A stretch of 64,000 bases of DNA from Eledone cirrhosa (Eukaryota): the NCBI GenBank assembly GCA_964016885.1, contig OZ024744.1, positions 20,770,001 through 20,834,000 on the forward strand, in the 5' to 3' direction. The translations under genes were made by a program, and so were the position numbers. How positions within the stretch are numbered: the first letter of the stretch is position 1; each line of letters begins with the position of its first letter. The notes under the pieces were generated by a model. That model was not told the DNA's origin and did no database searches. It saw only the letters and a list, made by a program, of their open reading frames with translations. Below, in pieces: positions 28,001 to 41,800 of the stretch.

Positions 28001-31000
28001 CAACAGTTGAATCTTATGAACTGACTCATTTTAACAACAGTTGAATCTTAAGATAACATTCGTTTTAACAACAGTTGAATCTTAAGAACTGAGTCGTTTT
28101 AACAACAGTTGAATCTTAAAGATAAAACTCGTTTCGACAACAGTTGAATCTTAAGAACTGACTCGTTTTAACAACAGCTGAATCTTAAGATAAAACTCGT
28201 TTTAACAACAGTTGAATCTTAAGATAAAACTCGTTTTAACAACAGTTGAATCTTTAGAACTGACTCGTTTTAACGACAGCTGAATCTTAAGATAAAACTC
28301 GTTTTAACAACAGTTCAAACTTAAGAAATGACTCGTTTTAACAACAGTTGAATCTTATGAACTGACTCATTTTAACAACAGTTGAATCTTAAGAACTGAT
28401 TCGTTTTAACAACAGCTGAATCTTAAGATAAAACTCGTTTTAACAACAGTTGAATCTTAAGAACTGACTCGTTTTAACAACAGCTGAATCTTAAGATAAA
28501 ACTCGTTTTAACAACAGTTGAATCTTAAGAACTGACTCGTTTTAACAACAGCTGAATCTTAAGATAAAACTCGTTTTAACAACAGTTGAATCTTAAGATA
28601 AAACTCGTTTTAACAACAGTTGAATCTTAAGAACTGACTCTTTTTAACAACAGTTGAATCTTAAGATAAAACTCGTTTTAACAACAGTTGAATCTTATGA
28701 GCTAACTCATTTTAACAACAGTTGAATCTTAAGTTAAGACTCGTTTTAACAACAGTTGAATCTTAAGAACTGACTCGTTTTAACAACAGCTGAATCTTAA
28801 GATAAAACTCGTTTTAACAACAGTTGAATCTTAAGAACTGACTCGTTTTAACAACAGCTGAATCTTAAGATAAAACTCGTTTTAACAACAGTTGAATCTT
28901 AAGTTAAGACTCGTTTTAACAACAGTTGAATCTTAAGAACTGACTCGTTTTAACGACAGCTGAATCTTAAGACAAAACCCGTTTTAACAACAGTTGAATC
29001 TTAAGAACTGTCTCGTTTTAACAACAGTTGAATCTTAAGATAAACCTCGTTTTAACAACAGTTTAATCTTAAGAAGTGACTCGTTTTAACAACAGTTGAA
29101 TCTTAAGACAAAACTCGTTTTAACAACAGTTGAATCTTTAGAACTGACTTGTTCTAACAACAGTTCAGCCTTAAGAACTGACTCGTTTTAAAACAGTTGA
29201 ATCGTTAGAACTGACTCGTTTTAACAACAGTTGAATCTTAAAATAAAACTCGTTTTAACAATAGTTGAATCACAAGAACTGACTCGTTTTAGCAACAGTT
29301 GTATCTTAAGATAACACTCGTTTTCATAACAGTTGAATCTTAAGAACTGTCTCGTTTTAACAACAGTTGAATTTTAAGATAAACCTCGTTTTGACAACAG
29401 TTGAATCTTAAGAACTGACTCGTTTTAACAACAGTTAAATCTTAAGATAAAACTCGTTTTAACAACTGTTGAATCTTAAGAACTGACTCGTTTTAACAAC
29501 AGCTGAATCTTAAGATAAAACTCGTTTTAACAACAGTTGAATCTTAAGAACTGACTCGTTTTAACAACAGTTGAATCTTCAAATAAAACTCGTTTTAACA
29601 ATAGTTGAATCTTAAGAACTGACTCGTTTTAACAACAGTTGAATCTTAAGATAAAACTCGTTTTAACAACTGTTGAATCCTAAGAACTGACTCGTTTTAA
29701 CAACAGCTGAATCTTAAGATAAAACTCGTTTTAACAACAGTTGATTCTTAAGAACTGACTCGTTTTAACAACAGTTGAATCTTCAAATATAACTCGTTTT
29801 AACAACAGTTGAAACTTAGGAACTGACTCGTTTTAACAACAGTTGAATGTTAAGATAAAACTCGTTTTAACAATAGTGGAATCTTAAGAACTGACTCGTT
29901 TTAACAACAGTTGAATCTTAAGAACTGACTCGTTTTAACAACAGCTGAATCTTAAGATAAAACTCGTTTTAACAACAGTTCAAACTTAAGAAATGACTCG
30001 TTTTAACAAAAGTTGAATCTTATGAACTCACTCATTTTAACAACAGTTGAATCTTAAGATAACATTCGTTTTAACAACAGTTGAATCTTAAGAACTGATT
30101 CGTTTTAACAACAGTTGAATCTTAAGATAAAACTCGTTTTAACAACACGTGAATCTTAAGAACGGACTCGTTTTAACAACACCTGAATCTTAAGATAAAA
30201 CTCGTTTTAACAACAGTTGAATCTTAAGAACTGATTCGTTTTAACAACAGTTCAAACTTAAGAACTGACTCGTTTTAACAACAGTTGAATCTTATGAACT
30301 GAATCATTTTAACAACAGTTGAATCTTAAGATAACATTCGTTTTAACAACAGTTGAATCTTAAGAACTGACTCGTTTTAACAACAGTTGAATCTTAAAGA
30401 TAAAACTCGTTTCGACAACAGTTGAATCTTAAGAACTGACTCGTTTTAACAACAGCTGAATCTTAAGATAAAACTCGTTTTAACAACAGTTGAATCTTAA
30501 GATAAAACTCGTTTTAACAACAGTTGAATCTTAAGAACTGACTCGTTTTAACGACAGCTGAATCTTAAGATAAAACTCGTTTTAACAACAGTTCAAACTT
30601 AAGAAATGACTCGTTTTAACAACAGTTGAATCTTATGAACTGACTCATTTTAACAACAGTTGAATCTTAAGAACTGATTCGTTTTAACAACAGCTGAATC
30701 TTAAGATAAAACTCGTTTTAACAACAGTTGAATCTTAAGAACTGACTCGTTTTAACGACAGCTGAATCTTAAGATAAAACTCGTTTTAACAACAGTTCAA
30801 ACTTAAGAAATGACTCGTTTTAACAACAGTTGAATCTTATGAACTGACTCATTTTAACAACAGTTGAATCTTAAGAACTGATTCGTTTTAACAACAGCTG
30901 AATCTTAAGATAAAACTCGTTTTAACAACAGTTGAATCTTAAGAACTGACTCGTTTTAACAACAGCTGAATCTTAAGATAAAACTCGTTTTAACAACAGT

Positions 31001-34000
31001 TGAATCTTAAGAACTGACTCGTTTTAACAACAGCTGAATCTTAAGATAAAACTCGTTTTAACAACAGTTGAATCTTAAGATAAAACTCGTTTTAACAACA
31101 GTTGAATCTTAAGAACTGACTCTTTTTAACAACAGTTGAATCTTAAGATAAAACTCGTTTTAACAACAGTTGAATCTTATGAGCTAACTCATTTTAACAA
31201 CAGTTGAATCTTAAGTTAAGACTCGTTTTAACAACAGTTGAATCTTAAGAACTGACTCGTTTTAACAACAGCTGAATCTTAAGATAAAACTCGTTTTAAC
31301 AACAGTTGAATCTTAAGTTAAGACTCGTTTTAACAACAGTTGAATCTTAAGAACTGACTCGTTTTAACGACAGCTGAATCTTAAGACAAAACCCGTTTTA
31401 ACAACAGTTGAATCTTAAGAACTGTCTCGTTTTAACAACAGTTGAATCTTAAGATAAACCTCGTTTTAACAACAGTTTAATCTTAAGAACTGACTCGTTT
31501 TAACAACAGTTGAATCTTAAGACAAAACTCGTTTTAACAACAGTTGAATCTTAAGAACTGACTTGTTCTAACAACAGTTCAGCCTTAAGAACTGACTCGT
31601 TTTAAAACAGTTGAATCGTTAGAACTGACTCGTTTTAACAACAGTTGAATCTTAAAATAAAACTCGTTTTAACAATAGTTGAATCTCAAGAACTGACTCG
31701 TTTTAGCAACAGTTGTATCTTAAGATAACACTCGTTTTCATAACAGTTGAATCTTAAGAACTGTCTCGTTTTAACAACAGTTGAATTTTAAGATAAACCT
31801 CGTTTTGACAACAGTTGAATCTTAAGAACTGACTCGTTTTAACAACAGTTAAATCTTAAGATAAAACTCGTTTTAACAACTGTTGAATCTTAAGAACTGA
31901 CTCGTTTTAACAACAGCTGAATCTTAAGATAAAACTCGTTTTAACAACAGTTGAATCTTAAGAACTGACTCGTTTTAACAACAGTTGAATCTTCAAATAA
32001 AACTCGTTTTAACAATAGTTGAATCTTAAGAACTGACTCGTTTTAACAACAGTTGAATCTTAAGATAAAACTCGTTTTAACAACTGTTGAATCCTAAGAA
32101 CTGACTCGTTTTAACAACAGCTGAATCTTAAGATAAAACTCGTTTTAACAACAGTTGAATCTTAAGAACTGACTCGTTTTAACAACAGTTGAATCTTAAA
32201 GATAAAACTCGTTTTAACAACAGTTGAATCTTAAGAACTGACTCGTTTTAACGACAGCTGAATCTTAAGATAAAACTCGTTTTAACAACAGTTCAAACTT
32301 AAGAAATGACTCGTTTTAACAACAGTTGAATCTTATGAACTGACTCATTTTAACAACAGTTGAATCTTAAGAACTGATTCGTTTTAACAACAGCTGAATC
32401 TTAAGATAAAACTCGTTTTAACAACAGTTGAATCTTAAGAACTGACTCGTTTTAACAACAGCTGAATCTTAAGATAAAACTCGTTTTAACAACAGTTGAA
32501 TCTTAAGAACTGACTCGTTTTAACAACAGCTGAATCTTAAGATAAAACTCGTTTTAACAACAGTTAAATCTTAATAACTGACTCGTTTTAACAACAGTTG
32601 AATGTTAAGATAAAACTCGTTTTAACAATAGTTGAATCTTAAGAACTGACTCGTTTTAACAACAGTTGAATCTTAAGATAAAACTCGTTTTAACAACACG
32701 TGAATCTTAAGAACGGACTCGTTTTAACAACACCTGAATCTTAAGATAAAACTCGTTTTAACAACAGTTGAATCTTAAGAACTGATTCGTTTTAACAACA
32801 GTTCAAACTTAAGAACTGACTCATTTTAACAACAGTTGAATCTTATGAACTGACTCATTTTAACAACAGTTGAATCTTAAGATAACATTCGTTTTAACAA
32901 CAGTTGAATCTTAAGAACTGACTCGTTTTAACAACAGTTGAATCTTAAAGATAAAACTCGTTTCGACAACAGTTGAATCTTAAGAACTGACTCGTTTTAA
33001 CAACAGCTGAATCTTAAGATAAAACTCGTTTTAACAACAGTTGAATCTTAAGATAAAACTCGTTTTAACAACAGTTGAATCTTAAGTACTGACTCGTTTT
33101 AACGACAGCTGAATCTTAAGATAAGACTCGTTTTAACAACAGTTCAAACTTAAGAAATGACTCGTTTTAACAACAGTTGAATCTTATGAACTGACTCATT
33201 TTAACAACAGTTGAATCTTAAGAACTGATTCGTTTTAACAACAGCTGAATCTTAAGATAAAACTCGTTTTAACAACAGTTGAATCTTAAGAACTGACTCG
33301 TTTTAACAACAGCTGAATCTTAAGATAAAACTCGTTTTAACAACAGTTGAATCTTAAGATAAAACTCGTTTTAACAACAGTTGAATCTTAAGAACTGACT
33401 CTTTTTAACAACAGTTGAATCTTAAGATAAAACTCGTTTTAACAACAGTTGAATCTTATGAGCTAACTCATTTTAACAACAGTTGAATCTTAAGTTAAGA
33501 CTCGTTTTAACAACAGTTGAATCTTAAGAACTGACTCGTTTTAACAACAGCTGAATCTTAAGATAAAACTCGTTTTAACAACAGTTGAATCTTAAGAACT
33601 GACTCGTTTTAACAACAGCTGAATCTTAAGATAAAACTCGTTTTAACAACAGTTGAATCTTAAGTTAAGACTCGTTTTAACAACAGTTGAATCTTAAGAA
33701 CTGACTCGTTTTAACGACAGCTGAATCTTAAGACAAAACCCGTTTTAACAACAGTTGAATCTTAAGAACTGTCTCGTTTTAACAACAGTTGAATCTTAAG
33801 ATAAACCTCGTTTTAACAACAGTTGAATCTTAAGAACTGTCTCGTTTTAACAACAGTTGAATTTTAAGATAAACCTCGTTTTGACAACAGTTGAATCTTA
33901 AGAACTGACTCGTTTTATCAACAGTTAAATCTTAATAACTGACTCGTTTTAACAACAGTTGAATGTTAAGATAAAACTCGTTTTAACAATAGTTGAATCT

Positions 34001-35419
34001 TAAGAACTGACTCGTTTTAACAACAGTTGAATCTTAAGATAAAACTCGTTTTAACAACTGTTGAATCTTAAGAACTGACTCGTTTTAACAACAGCTGAAT
34101 CTTAAGATAAAACTCGTTTTAACAACAGTTGAATCTTAAGAACTGACTCGTTTTAACAACAGTTGAATCTTCAAATAAAACTCGTTTTAACAACAGTTGA
34201 ATCTTAAGAACTGACTCGTTTTAACAACAGTTGAATGTTAAGATAAAACTCGTTTTAACAATAGTGGAATCTTAAGAACTGACTCGTTTTAACAACAGTT
34301 GAATCTTAAGATAAAACTCGTTTTAACAACAGTTGAATCTTAAGATAAAACTCGTTTTAACAACAGTTGAATCTTAAGAACTGATTCGTTTTAACAACAG
34401 TTCAAACTTAAGAACTGACTCGTTTTAACAACAGTTGAATCTTATGAACTGACTCATTTTAACAACAGTTGAATCTTAAGATAACATTCGTTTTAACAAC
34501 AGTTGAATCTTAAGAACTGACTCGTTTTAACAACAGTTGAATCTTAAAGATAAAACTCGTTTCGACAAAAGTTGAATCTTAAGAACTGACTCGTTTTAAC
34601 AACAGCTGAATCTTAAGATAAAACTCGTTTTAACAACAGTTGAATCTTAAGAACTGACTCGTTTTAACGACAGCTGAATCTTAAGATAAAACTCGTTTTA
34701 ACAACAGTTGAATCTTAAGATAAAACTCGTTTTAACAACAGTTGAATCTTAAGTACTGACTCGTTTTAACAACAGTTGAATCTTAAGATAAAACTCGTTT
34801 TAACAACAGTTGAATCTTATGAGCTAACTCATTTTAACAACAGTTGAATCTTAAGACAAAACCCGTTTTAACAACAGTTGAATCTTAAGAACTGTCTCGT
34901 TTTAACAACAGTTGAATCTTAAGATAAACCTCGTTTTAACAACAGTTTAATCTTAAGAACTGACTCGTTTTAACAACAGTTGAATCTTAAGACAAAACTC
35001 GTTTTAACAACAGTTGAATCTTAAGAACTGACTTGTTCTAACAACAGTTCAGTCTCAAGAATTGACTCGTTTTAAAACAGTTGAATCGTTTGATCTGACT
35101 CGTTTTAACAACAGTTGAATCTTAAAATAAAACTCGTTTTAACAATAGTTGAATCTCAAGAAATGACTCGTTTTAGCAACAGTTGAATCTTAATAACTGA
35201 TTCGTTTTAACAACAGTTGAATGTTAAGATAAAACTCGTTTTAACAATAGTTGAATCTTAAGAACTGACTCGTTTTAACAACAGTTGAATCTTAAGATAA
35301 AACTCGTTTTAACAACTGTTGAATCTTAAAAACTGACTCGTTTTAACAACAGTTGAATCTTTAAATAAAACACGTTTTAACAACAGTTGAATCTTAAGAA
35401 CTGACTCGTTTTAACAACA

Positions 35420-38400
35420 GTTGAATGTTAAGATAAAACTCGTTTTAACAATAGTTGAATCTTGAGAACTGACTCGTTTTAACAACAGTTGAATCTTAAG
35501 ATAAAACTCGTTTTAACAACAGTTGAATCTTAAGAAATGACTCGTTTTAACAACAGCTGAATCTTAAGATAAAACTCGTTTTAACAACAGTTCAAACTTA
35601 AGAAATGACTCGTTTTAACAAAAGTTGAATATTATGAACTCACTCATTTTAACAACAGTTGAATCTTAAGATAACATTCGTTTTAACAACAGTTGAATCT
35701 TAAGAACTGATTCGTTTTAACAACAGTTGAATCTTAAGATAAAACTCGTTTTAACAACAGTTGAATCTTAAGAACGGACTCGTTTTAACAACAGCTGAAT
35801 CTTAAGATAAAACTCGTTTTAACAACAGCTGAATCTTAAGATAAAACTCGTTTTAACAACAGTTGAATCTTAAGATAAAACTCGTTTTAACAACAGTTGA
35901 ATCTTAAGAACTGACTCGTTTTAACAACAGTTGAATCTTAAGATAAAACTCGTTTTAACAACAGTTGAATCTTATGAGCTAACTCATTTTAACAACAGTT
36001 GAATCTTAAGTTAAGACTCGTTTTAACAACAGTTGAATCTTAAGAACTGACTCGTTTTAACAACAGCTGAATCTTAAGATAAAACTCGTTTTAACAACAG
36101 TTGAATCTTAAGAACTGACTCGTTTTAACAACAGCTGAATCTTAAGATAAAACTCGTTTTAACAACAGTTGAATCTTAAGATAAAACTCGTTTTAACAAC
36201 AGTTGAATCTTAAGTACTGACTTGTTTTAACAACAGTTTAATCTTAAGATAAAACTCGTTTTAACAACAGTTGAATCTTATGAGCTAACTCATTTTAACA
36301 ACAGTTGAATCTTAAGTTAAGACTCGTTTTAACAACAGTTGAATCTTAAGAACTGACTCGTTTTAACGACAGCTGAATCTTAAGATAAAACTTGTTTTAA
36401 CAACAGTTGAATCTTAAAGATAAAACTCGCTTTAACAACAGTTGAATCTTAAGAACTGACTCGTTTTAACAACAGTTGAATCTTAAGACAAAACCCGTTT
36501 TAACAACAGTTGAATCTTAAGAACTGTCTCGTTTTAACAACAGTTGAATCCTAAGATAAACCTCGTTTTAACAACAGATTAATCTTAAGAACTGACTCGT
36601 TTTAACAACAGTTGAATCTTAAGACAAAACTCGTTTTAACAGCAGTTGAATCTTAAGAACTGACTTGTTCTAACAACAGTTTAGCCTTAAGAACTGACTC
36701 GTTTTAAAACAGTTGAATCGTTAGAACTGACTCGTTTTAACAACAGTTGAATCTTAAAATAAAACTCGTTTTCATAACAGTTGAATCTTAAGAACTGTCT
36801 CGTTTTAACAACAGTTGAATTTTAAGATAAACCTAGTTTTGACAACAGTTGAATCTTAAGAACTGACTCGTTTTAACAACAGTTAAATCTTAATAACTGA
36901 CTCGTTTTAACAACAGTTGAATGTTAAGATAAAACTCGTTTTAACAATAGTTGAATCTTAAGAACTGACTCGTTTTAACAACAGTTGAATCTTAAGATAA
37001 AACTCGTTTTAACAACTGTTGAATCTTAAGAACTGACTCGTTTTAACAACAGCTGAATCTTAAGATAAAACTCGTTTTAACAACAGTTGAATCTTGAGAA
37101 CTGACTCGTTTTAACAACAGTTGAATCTTCAAATAAAACTCGTTTTAACAATAGTTGAATCTTGAGAACTGACTCGTTTTAACAACAGTTGAATCTTAAG
37201 ATAAAACTCGTTTTAACAACAGTTGAATCTTAAGAAATGACTCGTTTTAACAACAGCTGAATCTTAAGATAAAACTCGTTTTAACAACAGTTCAAACTTA
37301 AGAAATGACTCGTTTTAACAAAAGTTGAATATTATGAACTCACTCATTTTAACAACAGTTGAATCTTAAGATAACATTCGTTTTAACAACAGTTGAATCT
37401 TAAGAACTGATTCGTTTTAACAACAGTTGAATCTTAAGATAAAACTCGTTTTAACAACAGTTGAATCTTAAGAACGGACTCGTTTTAACAACAGCTGAAT
37501 CTTAAGATAAAACTCGTTTTAACAACAGCTGAATCTTAAGATAAAACTCGTTTTAACAACAGTTGAATCTTAAGATAAAACTCGTTTTAACAACAGTTGA
37601 ATCTTAAGAACTGACTCGTTTTAACAACAGTTGAATCTTAAGATAAAACTCGTTTTAACAACAGTTGAATCTTATGAGCTAACTCATTTTAACAACAGTT
37701 GAATCTTAAGTTAAGACTCGTTTTAACAACAGTTGAATCTTAAGAACTGACTCGTTTTAACAACAGCTGAATCTTAAGATAAAACTCGTTTTAACAACAG
37801 TTGAATCTTAAGAACTGACTCGTTTTAACAACAGCTGAATCTTAAGATAAAACTCGTTTTAACAACAGTTGAATCTTAAGATAAAACTCGTTTTAACAAC
37901 AGTTGAATCTTAAGTACTGACTTGTTTTAACAACAGTTTAATCTTAAGATAAAACTCGTTTTAACAACAGTTGAATCTTATGAGCTAACTCATTTTAACA
38001 ACAGTTGAATCTTAAGTTAAGACTCGTTTTAACAACAGTTGAATCTTAAGAACTGACTCGTTTTAACGACAGCTGAATCTTAAGATAAAACTTGTTTTAA
38101 CAACAGTTGAATCTTAAAGATAAAACTCGCTTTAACAACAGTTGAATCTTAAGAACTGACTCGTTTTAACAACAGTTGAATCTTAAGACAAAACCCGTTT
38201 TAACAACAGTTGAATCTTAAGAACTGTCTCGTTTTAACAACAGTTGAATCCTAAGATAAACCTCGTTTTAACAACAGATTAATCTTAAGAACTGACTCGT
38301 TTTAACAACAGTTGAATCTTAAGACAAAACTCGTTTTAACAGCAGTTGAATCTTAAGAACTGACTTGTTCTAACAACAGTTCAGCCTTAAGAACTGACTC

Positions 38401-38850
38401 GTTTTTAAACAGTTGAATCGTTAGAACTGACTCGTTTTAACAACAGTTGAATCTTAAAATAAAACTCGTTTTCATAACAGTTGAATCTTAAGAACTGTCT
38501 CGTTTTAACAACAGTTGAATTTTAAGATAAACCTAGTTTTGACAACAGTTGAATCTTAAGAACTGACTCGTTTTAACAACAGTTAAATCTTAATAACTGA
38601 CTCGTTTTAACAACAGTTGAATGTTAAGATAAAACTCGTTTTAACAATAGTTGAATCTTAAGAACTGACTCGTTTTAACAACAGTTGAATCTTAAGATAA
38701 AACTCGTTTTAACAACTGTTGAATCTTAAGAACTGACTCGTTTTAACAACAGCTGAATCTTAAGATAAAACTCGTTTTAACAACAGTTGAATCTTGAGAA
38801 CTGACTCGTTTTAACAACAGTTGAATCTTCAAATAAAACTCGTTTTAACA
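35420..38850. repeat. Tandem duplication of a 1,700-bp (50-monomer) block inside copy 2 of the large duplication
   Basis: GATTAATC at 36577/38277 and GACTTGTTCT at 36662/38362. A single counterpart lies in copy 1 (20256, 20341). Confidence 0.85.
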
Positions 38851-41800
38851 ACGGTTGAATCTTAAGAACTGACTCGTTTTAACAACAGTTGAATGTTAAG
38901 ATAAAACTCGTTTTAACAATAGTGGAATCTTAAGAACTGACTCGTTTTAACAACAGTTGAATCTTAAGATAAAACTCGTTTTAACAACAGTTGAATCTTA
39001 AGAACTGACTCGTTTTAACAACAGCTGAATCTTAAGATAAAACTCGTTTTAACAACAGTTCAAACTTAAGAAATGACTCGTTTTAACAAAAGTTGAATCT
39101 TATGAACTCACTCATTTTAACAACAGTTGAATCTTAAGATAACATTCGTTTTAACAACAGTTGAATCTTAAGAACTGATTCGTTTTAACAACAGTTGAAT
39201 CTTAAGATAAAACTCGTTTTAACAACACTTGAATCTTAAGAACGGACTCGTTTTAACAACACCTGAATCTTAAGATAAAACTCGTTTTAAGAACAGTTGA
39301 ATCTTAAGAACTCATTCGTTTTAACAACAGTTCAAACTTAAGAACTGACTCGTTTTAACAACAGTTGAATCTTATGAACTGACTCATTTTAACAACAGTT
39401 GAATCTTAAGATAAAACTCGTTTTAACAACAGTTGAATCTTAAGAACTGACTCGTTTTAACGACAGCTGAATCTTAAGATAAAACTCGTTTTAACAACAG
39501 TTCAAACTTAAGAAATGACTCGTTTTAACAACAGTTGAATCTTATGAACTGACTCATTTTAACAACAGTTGAATCTTAAGAACTGATTCGTTTTAACAAC
39601 AGCTGAATCTTAAGATAAAACTCGTTTTAACAACAGTTGAATCTTAAGATAAAACTCGTTTTAACAACAGTTGAATCTTAAGTACTGACTCGTTTTAACA
39701 ACAGCTGAATCTTAAGATAAAACTCGTTTTAACAACAGTTGAATCTTAAGATAAAACTCGTTTTAACAACAGTTGAATCTTAAGTACTGACTCGTTTTAA
39801 CAACAGTTGAATCTTAAGATAAAACTCGTTTTAACAACAGTTGAATCTTATGAGCTAACTCATTTTAACAACAGTTGAATCTTAAGTTAAGACTCGTTTT
39901 AACAACAGTTGAATCTTAAGAACTGACTCGTTTTAACGACAGCTGAATCTTAAGACAAAACCCGTTTTAACAACAGTTGAATCTTAAGAACTGTCTCGTT
40001 TTAACAACAGTTGAATCTTAAGATAAACCTCGTTTTAACAACAGTTTAATCTTAAGAACTGACTAGTTTTAACAACAGTTGAATCTTAAGACAAAACTCG
40101 TTTTAACAACAGTTGAATCTTAAGAACTGACTTGTTCTAACAACAGTTCAGCCTTAAGAACTGACTCGTTTTAAAACAGTTGAATCGTTAGAACTGACTC
40201 ATTTTAACAACAGTTGAATCTTAAAACAAAACTCGTTTTAACAATAGTTGAATCTCAAGAACTGACTCGTTTTAGCAACAGTTGAATCTTAAGATAACAC
40301 TCGTTTTCATAACAGTTGAATCTTATGAACTGTCTCGTTTTAACAACAGTTGAATTTTAAGATAAACCTCGTTTTAACAACAGCTGAATCTTAAGATAAA
40401 ACTCGTTTTAACAACAGTTCAAACTTAAGAAATGACTCGTTTTAACAAAAGTTGAATCTTATGAACTCACTCATTTTAACAACAGTTGAATCTTAAGATA
40501 ACATTCGTTTTAACAACAGTTGAATCTTAAGAACTGATTCGTTTTAACAACAGTTGAATCTTAAGATAAAACTCGTTTTAACAACAGTTGAATCTTAAGA
40601 ACGGACTCGTTTTAACAACACCTGAATCTTAAGATAAAACTCGTTTTAACAACAGTTGAATCTTAAGAACTGATTCGTTTTAACAACAGTTCAAACTTAA
40701 GAACTGACTCGTTTTAACAAGAATTGAATCTTATGAACTGACTCATTTTAACAACAGTTGAATCTTAAGATAACATTCGTTTTAACAACAGTTGAATCTT
40801 AAGAACTGACTCGTTTTAACAACAGTTGAATCTTAAAGATAAAACTCGTTTCGACAACAGTTGAATCTTAAAGAACTGACTCGTTTTAACAACAGCTGAA
40901 TCTTAAGATAAAACTCGTTTTAACAACAGTTGAATCTTAAGATAAACCTCGTTTTAACAACAGTTGAATCTTAAGAACTGACTCGTTTTAACGACAGCTG
41001 AATCTTAAGATAAAACTCGTTTTAACAACAGTTCAAACTTAAGAAATGACTCGTTTTAACAACAGTTGAATCTTATGAACTGACTCATTTTAACAACAGT
41101 TGAATCTCAAGAACTGATTCGTTTTAACAACAGTTGAATCTTAAGATAAAACTCGTTTTAACAACAGTTGAATCTTAAGAACTGACTCGCTTTAACAACA
41201 GTTGAATCTTAAGATAAAACTCGTTTTAACAACAGTTGAATCTTAAGAACTGACTCGTTTTAACAACAGCTGAATCTTAAGATAAAACTCGTTTTAACAA
41301 CAGTTGAATCTTAAGATAAAACTCGTTTTAACAACAGTTGAATCTTAAGAACTGACTCGTTTTAACAACAGTTGAATCTTAAGATAAAACTCGTTTTAAC
41401 AACAGTTGAATCTTATGAGCTAACTCATTTTAACAACAGTTGAATCTTAAGTTAAGACTCGTTTTAACAACAGTTGAATCTTAAGAACGGACTCGTTTTA
41501 ACAACAGCTGAATCTTAAGATAAAACTCGTTTTAACAACAGTTGAATCTTAAGAACTGACTCGTTTTAACAACAGCTGAATCTTAAGATAAAACTCGTTT
41601 TAACAACAGTTGAATCTTAAGATAAAACTCGTTTTAACAACAGTTGAATCTTAAGTACTGACTTGTTTTAACAACAGTTGAATCTTATGAACTAACTCAT
41701 TTTAACAACAGTTGAATCTTAAGTTAAGACTCGTTTTAACAACAGTTGAATCTTAAGAACTGACTCCTTTTAACAACAGTTGAATCTTAAGACAAAACTC